Assembly (NCBI GenBank): GCA_963674745.2
Contig: CAXXDV010000003.1
Coordinates: 2,144,001 to 2,208,000, forward strand
Direction of reading: 5' to 3'
DNA from: Desulfosudaceae bacterium
GTDB lineage: Bacteria; Desulfobacterota; Desulfobacteria; Desulfobacterales; Desulfosudaceae
Length of the DNA stretch: 64,000 nt
Shown here: positions 18,496-28,733 of the stretch, one piece after another
Numbering within the stretch: position 1 is the stretch's first letter
Layout of the letters: each line of letters opens with the position of its first letter
The notes under the pieces: generated by a model
Database searches by the model: none
The model's input: the letters and a program-made list of their open reading frames with translations, nothing else
Told to the model about the DNA's origin: nothing
Translations under genes and position numbers: made by a program

Positions 18496-18531
18496 AATTT
18501 AAACACACCGCTTAATAAAGACACCCAACGG

Positions 18532-19395
18532 TTATCTGAGCGATAATTGAGGTTCCTGCAATGTCCCTCTCAACATTATCGGAAACCCTTTCCCATCGGA
18601 ATCTTTTTTCATCAATATATCAAGGGGCAATGTTTTGCCCGCATTTTTAATAAATGCCGCCTGGGGCTTAACAAACCCTTTCAGATTAATGATACTGCTT
18701 TCCAGAGGCGCCCGGATAATCACATAACCGGTAAATGTACCACTGAGCGCCTCTCCTTCAAAGGTACTTGACGTGACCTGCAACCGGCGTGGTGTAACCG
18801 AAAGTTCGGCTTTAACCGTATGAAACATAATACGGTCCATGTCAAAAAAGGGCGTGGCCAGTTCAATGCTAAAATCTTCAAACTCGATATTCGAATCCGC
18901 TTTAATGCTGTTGTTCAGCGCGTTGACGGTCATATCTCCGTCCAGGAGGCCGGTTATGCGATGAGGTGATATTGCCCGCAACTGTTTGATGTCTTCCAGT
19001 TTGATACCGGTAATACGGATATCGGCATTTGTACTCCGATCGTCCATTACCTGACAATCCCCATGGATGATGCCGCCGAAGACGTTTGTTTTGAAAAAAA
19101 AACGAGGCGACTGGCCGAACAGAGAGAGCAGGCGAGGAACGGTACGGATATATGCCGGGGTTGCCACCGGCGCCCCTTTATATTGCACTGAGATATCTTT
19201 AAGTTTGAGCCCCGGCGGGAACAAGGGGCTGACGCCACCGATATCGACGGAGATGTCCGAATCAACGTGCGCCACGCCTCTTTTGACAAAATTCCGCACC
19301 TTGTCCTCAGGGAAAAGCCAGAAGAGAAAGGCAACCGTAACAACGGTCAGATAAATAAAATAAATAATTTTTCTGTATTTAACGGGAATTTGCAT
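18532..19395 (-). CDS. gspN: type II secretion protein N
   Basis: N-terminal TM ending FLFWLFP, beta-rich body, C-terminal LRGTLQEP; lies between gspM and gspC. Confidence 0.78.
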   Translation of the reverse strand: MQIPVKYRKIIYFIYLTVVTVAFLFWLFPEDKVRNFVKRGVAHVDSDISVDIGGVSPLFPPGLKLKDISVQYKGAPVATPAYIRTVPRLLSLFGQSPRFFFKTNVFGGIIHGDCQVMDDRSTNADIRITGIKLEDIKQLRAISPHRITGLLDGDMTVNALNNSIKADSNIEFEDFSIELATPFFDMDRIMFHTVKAELSVTPRRLQVTSSTFEGEALSGTFTGYVIIRAPLESSIINLKGFVKPQAAFIKNAGKTLPLDILMKKDSDGKGFPIMLRGTLQEPQLSLR

Positions 19396-19436
19396 ACCTT
19401 TATAAAAAGCCTTAACAATTGTCCGTTTAATGGCTG

Positions 19437-20003
19437 TCAGCCCGTGACGGTGACAACCTGCATTATCGCGTCAACCCCGCCAATATCTTTCTCCTGTCTG
19501 GAAATAGACAGCCTTTTGACAAACACCATGGTCCGAGATGTTTCAATTTTATAAATATAGGACACCAGGTTCTCCAGGCTCACGGCTTCGAGCTTCATTT
19601 CCACCAGTGACAACCGGTAATCCCCTGCTTCTGATTCCTCGGTGCTGGGCTTCATATAGCTGATGGTATCTTTTACCCCGGATTCCCCGGCCAGCCGATC
19701 CAGAAAAGAAAACAGGGTGAAACCGTCATCCCTTCTATCTAAACCGGTCATGGCATTATGCATTTTATCACTGAAGACCATGACTTCTTTCTGTAAAGCG
19801 GACATTATCTGTAGCTTCGCTTTTTCATTGGCCAGAGACTGCTCCAGACGGCCCTGCTGGCCGGACAGGGGGATAATGACAAACTGGATCAGTGAAAAGA
19901 TCACAATAAAACAGATGGCTGAATTGACAAATATCCGTTCCCGTCGATTCAGCCCGACCATGATACCGGAAAGGTTCTGCCACCAGGCGCGAAGCCGTTC
20001 CAT
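19437..20003 (-). CDS. gspM: type II secretion protein M
   Basis: LNRRER + TM + coiled coil + ferredoxin-like C-terminus; follows gspL. Confidence 0.82.
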   Translation of the reverse strand: MERLRAWWQNLSGIMVGLNRRERIFVNSAICFIVIFSLIQFVIIPLSGQQGRLEQSLANEKAKLQIMSALQKEVMVFSDKMHNAMTGLDRRDDGFTLFSFLDRLAGESGVKDTISYMKPSTEESEAGDYRLSLVEMKLEAVSLENLVSYIYKIETSRTMVFVKRLSISRQEKDIGGVDAIMQVVTVTG

Positions 20004-20027
20004 GTTATTTAACCCTCTTTTTCTTCA

Positions 20028-21476
20028 TTACCGTAACTCCAACCGGAGTTTAAAGCTGACACGCTTGTCAATTTTACTCATCGTGGCGGTACTGATATCA
20101 ATCTTATCAAACAGCTCGCTTTTGCCGAACTCGCTTTTCAAGGCATCAACGGAATTAAACGAATCGGTTGTGCCCGAAAGGATCACATCATCCGAGCCGA
20201 CCACCAGCCTTTCAACCACAACATCACTTCCAGAAGGGACAAAACGGCTTATATCATTCAATATATCAATACAATACGCCTTTCTGCCCATCTCCGGAGG
20301 CAATCCGATTTTCCCTTTTAACCGCCCGGATTCCGCCCGCATCTGGACAAGCGGATCATCTATAAGGGGAACTTCAGGAAAACTTTCTTTGAATATCTCA
20401 ACTCTTTGGGCGTAAATGGATGCGATCTGTTCCCGGTAGCTCTTCAGGTCGTAAAAAAGACCGGATAACCCGATGACGATGACCATGGCCGCAATCAGGC
20501 CGGTCCGGATAATAATATCACTGTACTGACGCCACTTACCGGTAATGGCAAATTCATCCTTTCGGAAGTTGATCAGTGGCTTGTTCACCCGTTTTAACAG
20601 CGCCAGGCAAAGGGCGATATCAAAACCACAGGCAGGCGACTGGTCCTTACCCCGGTCGGGTAATGCCGGCAGATTAGCCAGACCGGCAGCCTCCATTTTC
20701 ATGGTTTTCAAGCCCAAAGAAGACGCAATCACCTCGCTTACCCCCTCATGTTGGTAAAGGGCATCAGCCAGATAAACAGCCTCCGGCTTAAAGGCGTCCT
20801 GATATTTTTCTTCATCGGTGATCAGCACATATTTGAGCGCCTCTACAAGCGCCCGGGAAGGGTCCCCGTTCTGCCGGCCAAGGGGCAATGAATAAACGGA
20901 CCGGACCTTACCTTCGGCGAAGCAGCAGGCAATCATATGCCGGTCATCGCCATCAACAAAAAGGCCGTCTTGTCTGAATGCGGACAAAGCACAAGCAGCC
21001 GCAAAACCCCGGGTGGTGATAGCTTCCGGCTCCAGTCCCAGGGCGTTTAATTTATCAATATAGTCCTTTAATCGGGTTTTGGATACAACAGCCGTAAAAA
21101 AATCGGTCCCGCTGTCTGACGCCCGGGATCCCATCAGGGGCTGAAAATCAACGATCAAGCCGTCAACGGGAAACGGCAGCAGGGGTTCTATTTCATACCG
21201 GATAATCTTGCTGATTTTTTTCCTGTCGGCAAAGGGCATAGTAACCGTACGATGGGAGACCCAGTCGTCCGGTATGGCGGCGATACAGGCCGCGTCACGA
21301 AGATCAACCTCTTCCCGAATCCGGGCAATTGCTTCGGCGACGTCACCCCAGTCTTCATTGTCCGCGAAAAAAGCCTGTTCGCAGGCAACGACCCGATACT
21401 CCCCCTTGCCATAAGTCAACACGACCATGGATATGGCATTACCGGAATAATCCACCCCGATGACTTTAGTATCCAT
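20028..21476 (-). CDS. gspL: type II secretion protein L
   Basis: Actin-like N-domain (VIGVD, YEIEPLLPF), INFRK, TM, PilN-like periplasmic domain. Confidence 0.85.
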   Translation of the reverse strand: MDTKVIGVDYSGNAISMVVLTYGKGEYRVVACEQAFFADNEDWGDVAEAIARIREEVDLRDAACIAAIPDDWVSHRTVTMPFADRKKISKIIRYEIEPLLPFPVDGLIVDFQPLMGSRASDSGTDFFTAVVSKTRLKDYIDKLNALGLEPEAITTRGFAAACALSAFRQDGLFVDGDDRHMIACCFAEGKVRSVYSLPLGRQNGDPSRALVEALKYVLITDEEKYQDAFKPEAVYLADALYQHEGVSEVIASSLGLKTMKMEAAGLANLPALPDRGKDQSPACGFDIALCLALLKRVNKPLINFRKDEFAITGKWRQYSDIIIRTGLIAAMVIVIGLSGLFYDLKSYREQIASIYAQRVEIFKESFPEVPLIDDPLVQMRAESGRLKGKIGLPPEMGRKAYCIDILNDISRFVPSGSDVVVERLVVGSDDVILSGTTDSFNSVDALKSEFGKSELFDKIDISTATMSKIDKRVSFKLRLELR

Positions 21477-21567
21477 ATTCGCTTGCCATCGTCCTGAATA
21501 TCATATGATTCTCTGCCTGACTCATTATCTGCCTGCCATTAGTGCCTTTAATGTCATGTATATATTA

Positions 21568-22650
21568 TCATTCGGAATAACTCAACACCTGGCAGACAAT
21601 TTTACCGCTTTCCGGATCCTTTTGTCTGCGCACCGCAACTGTTCTCGAAAACTGGATGTTGTGTAAAAACGCGACCGCCGTTATTTCAAAAAAATCACTT
21701 CGATTGGTTATCAGGTCGGAATTGATGGTCAAATCTTCACACCCGGGCACGTTTTTATACCATTCCTTGCTGCCAAGATCATGGACATAATTTTCATCCG
21801 ACATTTCCGTTCTGTAGGCAACCAGTTCAGCGCCGAGAAGCGCGTCTTCCAGGGGCAGAAGCGCCGACAATACAAACAGCGGCGCGGTATTGATATTAAT
21901 CCGGCCATCAAAAGTAAAGCCCTTTTTACCGGCCGTTTCCATACACCCATAGGTCGTCACGCAGGTGGACAGGCCGTACGCGACATCAGGAGAATTAAAA
22001 ACTTCCGGTGATATCCCTTTTATCAGCGACATCTCAGTTATATCAATTATCGGGCCGTTGCGACAGGCATAGGGCGGGGTCAATTCCAGGTAATAATCCG
22101 ACTCAGCCCCATCCAGCCCCGTCACGGCATCGTCATCACCGGAATCAAGCCAGTCCTTTACGGCATTGATAATTGAAACCGGTTTGACATCACTCTCCAT
22201 GGCCTGGCTGATATTGACCAGTTCAAAAAAACGATACCACAATAACCGCTGGTTCTCATTAAAGGCCCGGCCCTCGGGATATTGTACCAGTGCGTTGACC
22301 TGCAGCCTGCCCCGCAAATCGTTAATCTGCAACCGGATCACGCCTTCTTCAAACGGGAATTCCCCGACAATGCTTTCCAGGGTCGATGTATTTGCCCAGT
22401 CTTCCTGAATTGAATCGGTATCATTTTCATTCCTGTCACTGATCAGGATAGCCTGCCCGATGTTGATTCCCGACAGCGCCATCTGTGACAGGGTTATCCG
22501 GTCACGGAAAAGTGAGGCGGAATCGACGGTTATCCGAATACGCCTGTTGAGCTCCACCACCGCCACTGTCAGGAGGGCCACAACCATCAGCGTAATGATC
22601 AGTGCCATCCCCTTGTTGCTGGAGAGTATTGTGGGGCTTTTATATCGCAT
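21568..22650 (-). CDS. gspK: type II secretion minor pseudopilin K
   Basis: KG|MALIITL, DWLD.D, ININTA. Confidence 0.92.
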   Translation of the reverse strand: MRYKSPTILSSNKGMALIITLMVVALLTVAVVELNRRIRITVDSASLFRDRITLSQMALSGINIGQAILISDRNENDTDSIQEDWANTSTLESIVGEFPFEEGVIRLQINDLRGRLQVNALVQYPEGRAFNENQRLLWYRFFELVNISQAMESDVKPVSIINAVKDWLDSGDDDAVTGLDGAESDYYLELTPPYACRNGPIIDITEMSLIKGISPEVFNSPDVAYGLSTCVTTYGCMETAGKKGFTFDGRININTAPLFVLSALLPLEDALLGAELVAYRTEMSDENYVHDLGSKEWYKNVPGCEDLTINSDLITNRSDFFEITAVAFLHNIQFSRTVAVRRQKDPESGKIVCQVLSYSE

Positions 22651-23371
22651 CCGGTTCCTTCTCCCGAAAAACAGGCAAACTCACCGTGGTTTCAAAGGGG
22701 TAAACGGCATCTTGCCCCTGAAACGCGATATTGACGCGAACGGCAACCGGTGTGGCCCGTGAAAAATCGCCGGAGTCAGAATCCCAGGAATCATGTTCCG
22801 TGCCATCTTCGTCAAAACAGACGATATTAAATGTTTTGACGTGCCGGCACAGAATCGGATCCGTTCCTGTTTCCTGGTCGGAAAAGCGTTCCGCCTCCCC
22901 GTCTGTTTTCAATGTCGTGTCACGTCTCATCAACACCATACCGTCTTCATCCGTCTCATACAGATAATACGTAATGTGTCCGGCTTTGGCCGGAACGCCG
23001 CCGCCCAGGGGAAGGTGCGAAAAAGCGGTGAATTCCAGCCGGGCACCCTCATCCAGCGCGTTTTCACAAACAAAACGATAAGGATCCGGGTCATCATCCA
23101 GCCCCGGCGGGTCATATTCCGGCTCAACCGTTACGTAAACCGCTCTTAAATCGGCCGATATCAAATCCAGGCAAATCCGTGCCTCCTCATACGTCGTGAG
23201 CCCTTCTTTTATCGAAGCGGTTTTTGACAGCAGAAAGGACAGGGAACCGAGCACGATGGACACCAGAACGGCAAACACCGATATCGCCACCAGAATTTCC
23301 GCCAGCGTAAAGCCGGCGTCGGGTTTTGGGGATTGCCGGCAATAGACGCCCGTCAAATTTTTTCTATCCAT
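22640..23371 (-). CDS. gspJ: type II secretion minor pseudopilin J
   Basis: Prepilin motif AG|FTLAE; operon order. Confidence 0.82.
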   Translation of the reverse strand: MDRKNLTGVYCRQSPKPDAGFTLAEILVAISVFAVLVSIVLGSLSFLLSKTASIKEGLTTYEEARICLDLISADLRAVYVTVEPEYDPPGLDDDPDPYRFVCENALDEGARLEFTAFSHLPLGGGVPAKAGHITYYLYETDEDGMVLMRRDTTLKTDGEAERFSDQETGTDPILCRHVKTFNIVCFDEDGTEHDSWDSDSGDFSRATPVAVRVNIAFQGQDAVYPFETTVSLPVFREKEPDAI

Positions 23372-23768
23372 CCCGCAAAAAGACATAAGACCTCAATGAA
23401 AAATTTCTGGTATCATCCTGTCCGGAAATAATGATATCCACCTGTTTCAGGTCGGACACCGCCTTTCCCAGCGATTCGGATGTCAGGTCTGTTATCCGGG
23501 CCTGCCAGGTATATTCCGCATGATTTTCAAAAGCCCCTGTCTCACCGTCAGTCGCAGAAATGATACCACCATTTATTTCATCCATTTTCTGCTGGGCCAG
23601 AAGCGGCGCCACCGTATAGAAGCGGGCGGCACCATCAGCACTGATGGCCTGGGAAAAAAGTTTGTAAAAAGAAACAAACACGATGGCCACGACGGCCAGC
23701 GCCACCATTATTTCGATCAGCGTAAAGCCCTGCGAATTGCGAAGGCCGGTGCCCGAGTTTTTTTTCAT
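23364..23768 (-). CDS. gspI: type II secretion minor pseudopilin I
   Basis: QG|FTLIE; ATGA overlap with the gspH stop. Confidence 0.82.
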   Translation of the reverse strand: MKKNSGTGLRNSQGFTLIEIMVALAVVAIVFVSFYKLFSQAISADGAARFYTVAPLLAQQKMDEINGGIISATDGETGAFENHAEYTWQARITDLTSESLGKAVSDLKQVDIIISGQDDTRNFSLRSYVFLRDG

Positions 23769-24382
23769 GAAAGGCCCTTCCACAGTTGACCGAATTTGAT
23801 GTTACCCTCATATACAACGACTCTGGGCAAAAAAGGCTCGATATGGATGGAAAAACGGTCATCCCCGTCCTTCATCTGGATGATTGCCTGCTGGCAATAT
23901 CCTCGTTCAAAGAAAACGATATCAACCGTACCGGACAGAATCGTTTCATCATCCGGTAATACCACCGAAATAATTTCCAGGTCTCCGCCGCAGGTATATT
24001 TCTGCCGGATCTTTTTTGAGGCCGTTTCCCCGTTACCATCCGCGAACAAATCATCACCAGAGGCAACCGTTCCGGCCAGGGGCATGGTCGACATCTGGTT
24101 GTCGCTGATATTCACCCTCAATAAATAGGGCGCCTGCTCTCTGACCGCACTGGTTCTCAGGATGGTGCGCTGGGCGATAAGCCATCGGATTACCTGATTT
24201 TTGTTGTCGACTGACAGAAAACCGGAAAGTTTGGGAAAAGAGAAAACAAGCATGAGGGCGATCAGCGAAACAACAACGACGATTTCGATCAGCGTAAATC
24301 CGCCTTTTTCAGACCCTGCTGATTCTTGAAAAGATATCGAAATTTTGTATCCGCCCGTGTTGTAATGTTGAGACAATGGCAA
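23765..24382 (-). CDS. gspH: type II secretion minor pseudopilin H
   Basis: GG|FTLIE; directly follows gspG; start uncertain. Confidence 0.78.
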   Translation of the reverse strand: MPLSQHYNTGGYKISISFQESAGSEKGGFTLIEIVVVVSLIALMLVFSFPKLSGFLSVDNKNQVIRWLIAQRTILRTSAVREQAPYLLRVNISDNQMSTMPLAGTVASGDDLFADGNGETASKKIRQKYTCGGDLEIISVVLPDDETILSGTVDIVFFERGYCQQAIIQMKDGDDRFSIHIEPFLPRVVVYEGNIKFGQLWKGLS

Positions 24383-24485
24383 TAATCACTGTCGGCACAA
24401 ATAATAAAGCCTGTCCGGATCCGGTAAAATAACGACGATCGTCATTATTGGTGTTCACACACAATTCAGGAACGGCTCACAGGAA

Positions 24486-24950
24486 CTACTCAATTTCCCA
24501 GCTTTTGATATCCTGATTCTCGCCTTCCCCCCCCGATGAACCGTCACCGCCATAGGATACAATATCACAGTCACCATGAACACCGGGGCAGAGATAGATA
24601 TAGTCGTTTCCCCAGGGATCTCTGGGAACCGTTCCTTTTTTCAGGTACCCGCCTTCACGCCAACGGTCGGTTCCGGATCCTGACTCCGGCCTGGACACGA
24701 GCGCATCCAGTCCCTGGGAAGTCGTCGGATAGCTGCCGATATCAAGCTTGTAAAGATCAAGCGCGGTTTGAAGCGTTTCAATGGTCATTTTCGCTTTCAA
24801 CTGCCTGGCTTCACTGGGTCTGTTCAGAATTTTGGGTGCCACCGTAACCGCCAGAATACCCAGAATGACCAGAACGACCATCAATTCGATAAGCGTGAAA
24901 CCGGCCTGCCGATTATGTTGAGAATCGTCTTTCCCGCTGTTTGGAAGCAT
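24486..24950 (-). CDS. gspG: type II secretion major pseudopilin G
   Basis: AG|FTLIELMVV, YPTTSQGL.AL, DPWGNDY, SYGGDG. ATG at 24950 is preferred over the longer ORF that overlaps ihfA. Confidence 0.95.
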   Translation of the reverse strand: MLPNSGKDDSQHNRQAGFTLIELMVVLVILGILAVTVAPKILNRPSEARQLKAKMTIETLQTALDLYKLDIGSYPTTSQGLDALVSRPESGSGTDRWREGGYLKKGTVPRDPWGNDYIYLCPGVHGDCDIVSYGGDGSSGGEGENQDIKSWEIE

Positions 24951-25039
24951 ATCAAAAACACCACACATACGTCTTGTACGTAAAAAAACGGGAACGATTC
25001 CGGACAGTTCATCGTTCCCCTGATCATCTTCCGCAACGA

Positions 25040-25324
25040 CTAATGACTGTTGATTTTTTCTCTTAAGCTCTGAGAGCACTTAAAGGTAATGACTCTTCTT
25101 TTGCTGAGCATCAGGTCTTCACCGGTGGCCGGGTTTCTGCCTTTTCTTTCGTTCTTGTCTTTAACGCAGAACTTTCCAAAGCCACTGATCATCAGGTCCT
25201 CACCTACTTCAAGCGTGCCCTTGATCAGTTCCAGCAGGTCTTCTACCAGTTCATCACATCGTTTTCTCGGAAGCCCGGTCTCTTCCTGGACAGAATCAAT
25301 AATGTCGCTCTTTGTCAAAGTCAT
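25040..25324 (-). CDS. ihfA: integration host factor alpha subunit
   Basis: MTLTKSDI, ISGFGKF, GRNPATG, RRVITFK. Confidence 0.9.
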   Translation of the reverse strand: MTLTKSDIIDSVQEETGLPRKRCDELVEDLLELIKGTLEVGEDLMISGFGKFCVKDKNERKGRNPATGEDLMLSKRRVITFKCSQSLREKINSH

Positions 25325-25500
25325 ACCATACTCCTTTAGGTAGCATTGTGTCTTACAAACTTATATGATGAAATCTTTTCCCTTTATTGCGGTAACTGAA
25401 AAATAAATTTTAACAAAAGTGGCTCGGTATGTCCAACTGTTTGATATAGATAAGCTTAAATATCTCCTTTGTCAAGTAATTTGATAAGTTTATATATCGT

Positions 25501-27510
25501 TCAGGCCAGTCCTGCCTCCCAATTCCATATACCCGGTCTTTTCTTTATGGCAACCCCTTCGGGTACTATATCATTAAACCTTATAAACACTGAATAGCCT
25601 TTCCTTTCAAGCTGTTTCCGCTTGTCCAGAAGGTCCAGCGGCCAGTTGGGATAAACCCAGAAACAGGCGTCATTTTCAGCAACCCAGGCCGCTTCCTTTC
25701 TGGGGCTGAAAAAAAGCTGCCCCGGCTTGATATGGTCGGGGCAGGACCTGGCCAGACAGAGCGGCCATAATCCGGATAAAACGATGCCAAGCGGCAGAGG
25801 GCTTTGGCCGGGCAAAGGGGAAAAATCATCCCCGCTCATTTCAGGGCTGACAACTGCGCCGGAACACCCCAGCCCTTTGACAAGGTTCAAAGCGCCGGCG
25901 TTGGTCAGGTTGCAGAACGGACCCGCCCACAATTCAAACGACTTCGGCTGGTCAAACAACGCAAACTGCCAGGGGGCATTGACAACAAATCGCCGGGCGC
26001 GGCGGCCCAGCGCCTGTTTTAAAAGGTCCTGAACATTATCAGCATCATTCTGCCATATGACCGGCGGCAGCCACCACCAGCAATCCGACTGTAATTTGCG
26101 CGAAACGGCCTGGCGCAGACTCTTCTCAGAAAGCCAGAGCCCGGTTTCAGACCGGGCGGTTACGGATTTCGGCAGAATACGATATACGTCCATCTCCCGT
26201 GTCGACCGCCGGGTCTGCCTGGCGGCATACGAAACCGGCTTTGTCCTGGCCGGTTTGTATGGCGACACCGTTATTTTGTCAAAAACCGCTTCCAGTTCCT
26301 TGATGCTTTTAGAAAGGATGCGCTCCATTCTGTCGATAAGAAACACCGGTGTGCCTTTTCCGGGCGGTCTTTTTGACGAACTTTTCAAATTAAACCGGCC
26401 GTTTTTGGGAACGGAGCGGTTGACCCGGCAAATGCTGTGACCGGGCCGGTCTTCATATCCGATTCTCAACAGATCGCCGCTCAACAGACTGAACCGGGGT
26501 GACACATAACTGCTTTTACCACCACCGGCCACTTTGCCGACCAGAAGGCCGGAAGCGGTTTCCGCCTCATTGCTGGTCGGGGGATACTTCCGCTGCGGAA
26601 GAAAATAATAATGGGTCGGTTTTCTGCCCAGGGCCTGCTCCAGATATTGCAGCGCCGTTTTTTTCATTTTCGGATCGGCACCCTCATCTCTCAATATTTT
26701 ATAAGCTGTAACCGTATAATAAACATAATGCGGGCCTTTTTTCCGGCCTTCGATTTTCCAGGTGGTAATTTCGGGAATGGAAAGAAGCGGTTTCACCAGT
26801 ACATCCAGGCACAGGTCCAGGCAGGAAAAAGAACGCCCGTCCGTTTCTTTTTGAGCATACATTCTACGGCAGGGCTGGACGCACTGTCCGCGCAGGCCGC
26901 TTTTCCCCCCCAGAAAACTGCTCCAGTAGCACCTACCGGAAACAGCGTAGCAAAGGGCCCCATGGACAAAAACTTCCAGCCCCAGGCCGGGTGGGCAGGC
27001 AGCGGCCATCTGCTTGATTTCATCGATGGTCATTTCCCTGGGAAGGACCACCTGGGTGACACCCGGCAGCCGGGCGGCTGTTTTCAGGCCTTCGGCAAAG
27101 GTCACGGCCGCCAGGGTAGAAAGATGGATCTTTCCGGAAAAACCGTTTCTCCGTAACAGTTCGACAAAGCACAGGTCCTGGATGATCACGGCATCAGGGC
27201 GGACATGATGACTCAGGGCGGCGGTCACCGCATCGGCCTGTTCGAGTTCATCGGGTTTTACCAGCGAATTGACGGCCACATGAACGGCAACGCCCCGTTC
27301 ATGGGACATGGCAACCAGTCGGGCCAGTTCATCTGTGGTAAAATTCTCGGCCTTCATTCGTGCTGAGAAATGCTTCAAGCCGCAATAAACAGCATCCGCA
27401 CCGGCGGAAAGGGCCGCGAAAAAAGACGCCCTGTTGCCGGCCGGCGCCAGAATGAGGGGCTTTTTCGCATCAGAGCCTTTTTTTTGGTCTTTGGTATTAT
27501 TTCGTTCCAA
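25501..27510 (-). CDS. U32-family protein (RlhA/TrhP-like Fe-S hydroxylation protein)
   Basis: ILAPAG, GADAVY, EVFVHGALCYAVSGRC, RGQCVQPCRR, KIEGR. Confidence 0.9.
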   Translation of the reverse strand: MERNNTKDQKKGSDAKKPLILAPAGNRASFFAALSAGADAVYCGLKHFSARMKAENFTTDELARLVAMSHERGVAVHVAVNSLVKPDELEQADAVTAALSHHVRPDAVIIQDLCFVELLRRNGFSGKIHLSTLAAVTFAEGLKTAARLPGVTQVVLPREMTIDEIKQMAAACPPGLGLEVFVHGALCYAVSGRCYWSSFLGGKSGLRGQCVQPCRRMYAQKETDGRSFSCLDLCLDVLVKPLLSIPEITTWKIEGRKKGPHYVYYTVTAYKILRDEGADPKMKKTALQYLEQALGRKPTHYYFLPQRKYPPTSNEAETASGLLVGKVAGGGKSSYVSPRFSLLSGDLLRIGYEDRPGHSICRVNRSVPKNGRFNLKSSSKRPPGKGTPVFLIDRMERILSKSIKELEAVFDKITVSPYKPARTKPVSYAARQTRRSTREMDVYRILPKSVTARSETGLWLSEKSLRQAVSRKLQSDCWWWLPPVIWQNDADNVQDLLKQALGRRARRFVVNAPWQFALFDQPKSFELWAGPFCNLTNAGALNLVKGLGCSGAVVSPEMSGDDFSPLPGQSPLPLGIVLSGLWPLCLARSCPDHIKPGQLFFSPRKEAAWVAENDACFWVYPNWPLDLLDKRKQLERKGYSVFIRFNDIVPEGVAIKKRPGIWNWEAGLA

Positions 27511-27535
27511 GCTTATTTTCCCATATACGACTCAA

Positions 27536-27833
27536 AAGGGTTCAAGGGGCCAAGGTTCAGGAGCCATCGGTCGTTCGCAAATGTTGTAGGGGCACGGCGT
27601 GCCGTGCCCTTTTGTCAAGGTTCGGGGTTCAGGGGCGCTTACCATTCATGAAAACCCGACACCTGAAACCTAAAACGCTAACACCTGACACTTTAAAACC
27701 CTAAAACTTTAACACCTTAAAACCCGACCACAATCGGGCACGGCATCGCCGTGCCCCTACATAACCACTTAATCACTTAACCACTTAACCACTTAACCAC
27801 ATAATCACATAATCACATAATCACATAACCACC
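27536..27833. repeat. composite intergenic repeat: GGTTCRR heptamers, inverted pair of GTAG REP hairpins, C-rich heptamers, 9 x octamer TAA(C/T)CAC(T/A/C)
   Basis: REP GTAGGGGCACGGCGTGCCGTGCCC at 27586-27609, inverted copy at 27736-27760, octamer array at 27762-27833. Confidence 0.88.
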
Positions 27834-27956
27834 TAAAACGCCAACATCTTCCAAGCCCGGCAATTAACCCCTTGCCATAAATTATCCGCCAATGATATAT
27901 CACAATTATATGTAAATTCGCTATTAAAACCGAGATTTCAAGATGGAGCAGATAAA

Positions 27957-28715
27957 ATGAAAATCGCCATAAGCGGCAAGGGTGGTGTCGGCAAAACAAC
28001 GGTTGCGGCGCTTCTGATCAGGGCTTTAAATGATGACAACAAAAAAATACTGGCCATTGACGCCGACCCCGACGCCAACCTGGCGGCGGCTCTGGGTATC
28101 AGGGACGCGGATAAAATCGTTCCCATTGCCGAAATGAAAGAAATGATCGCGGAACGGACGGAATCGATGCCTGGCTCCATCGGCGGTTTTTTCAAACTCA
28201 ACCCCAAGGTCGACGACCTGCCCGACGCTTTGTCCGCCAAGCTGGGCAACATCAAAATGATGAAGCTGGGCGGCGTCAAAGGCGGGGGCGGGGGATGCAT
28301 ATGCCCGGAAAGCACGCTCTTAAAAGCACTGGTAACGTATATAACGCTTCAAAGGGATGAAGTTGTGGTCATGGACATGGAAGCCGGGCTGGAGCATCTC
28401 GGCCGGGCCACGGCCATGGCTGTGAACCGGCTGATCGTGGTGGTCGAACCCGGTCAACGGAGCATTGAAACCGCATTTCAAATCAAAAAAATGGCCGCGG
28501 AGATCAAACTCACCCGCGTATCTGTTATCGGCAATAAAATTCGAAATGAAGCGGATGAGGCCTTTTTACGGGAACGCCTTGCGGATTTTGATATCGCCGG
28601 CTTTTTAAAATATGACAACGCGCTGGTGGAGGCGGATCTCAAAGGCATATCCCCGTATGATACCGACTCACCGCTGAAGCTGAAAGTCAAAGAGATAATG
28701 GACCGTTTGATTTAA
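27957..28715 (+). CDS. cooC: CooC-like nickel-insertion ATPase (CODH maturation)
   Basis: SGKGGVGKTT, DADPDANL, GGGCICP (CxC), DMEAGLEHLGR. Confidence 0.9.
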   Translation: MKIAISGKGGVGKTTVAALLIRALNDDNKKILAIDADPDANLAAALGIRDADKIVPIAEMKEMIAERTESMPGSIGGFFKLNPKVDDLPDALSAKLGNIKMMKLGGVKGGGGGCICPESTLLKALVTYITLQRDEVVVMDMEAGLEHLGRATAMAVNRLIVVVEPGQRSIETAFQIKKMAAEIKLTRVSVIGNKIRNEADEAFLRERLADFDIAGFLKYDNALVEADLKGISPYDTDSPLKLKVKEIMDRLI

Positions 28716-28733
28716 CCTGACAGGTCAACCCAC

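Noticed and set aside
24951..25079. Long N-terminal extension of GspG overlapping ihfA
   Set aside because: The ATG at 24950 gives a normal short prepilin leader. Similar over-extended starts were trimmed for guaB, hisC, batB, sppA and the kinase.
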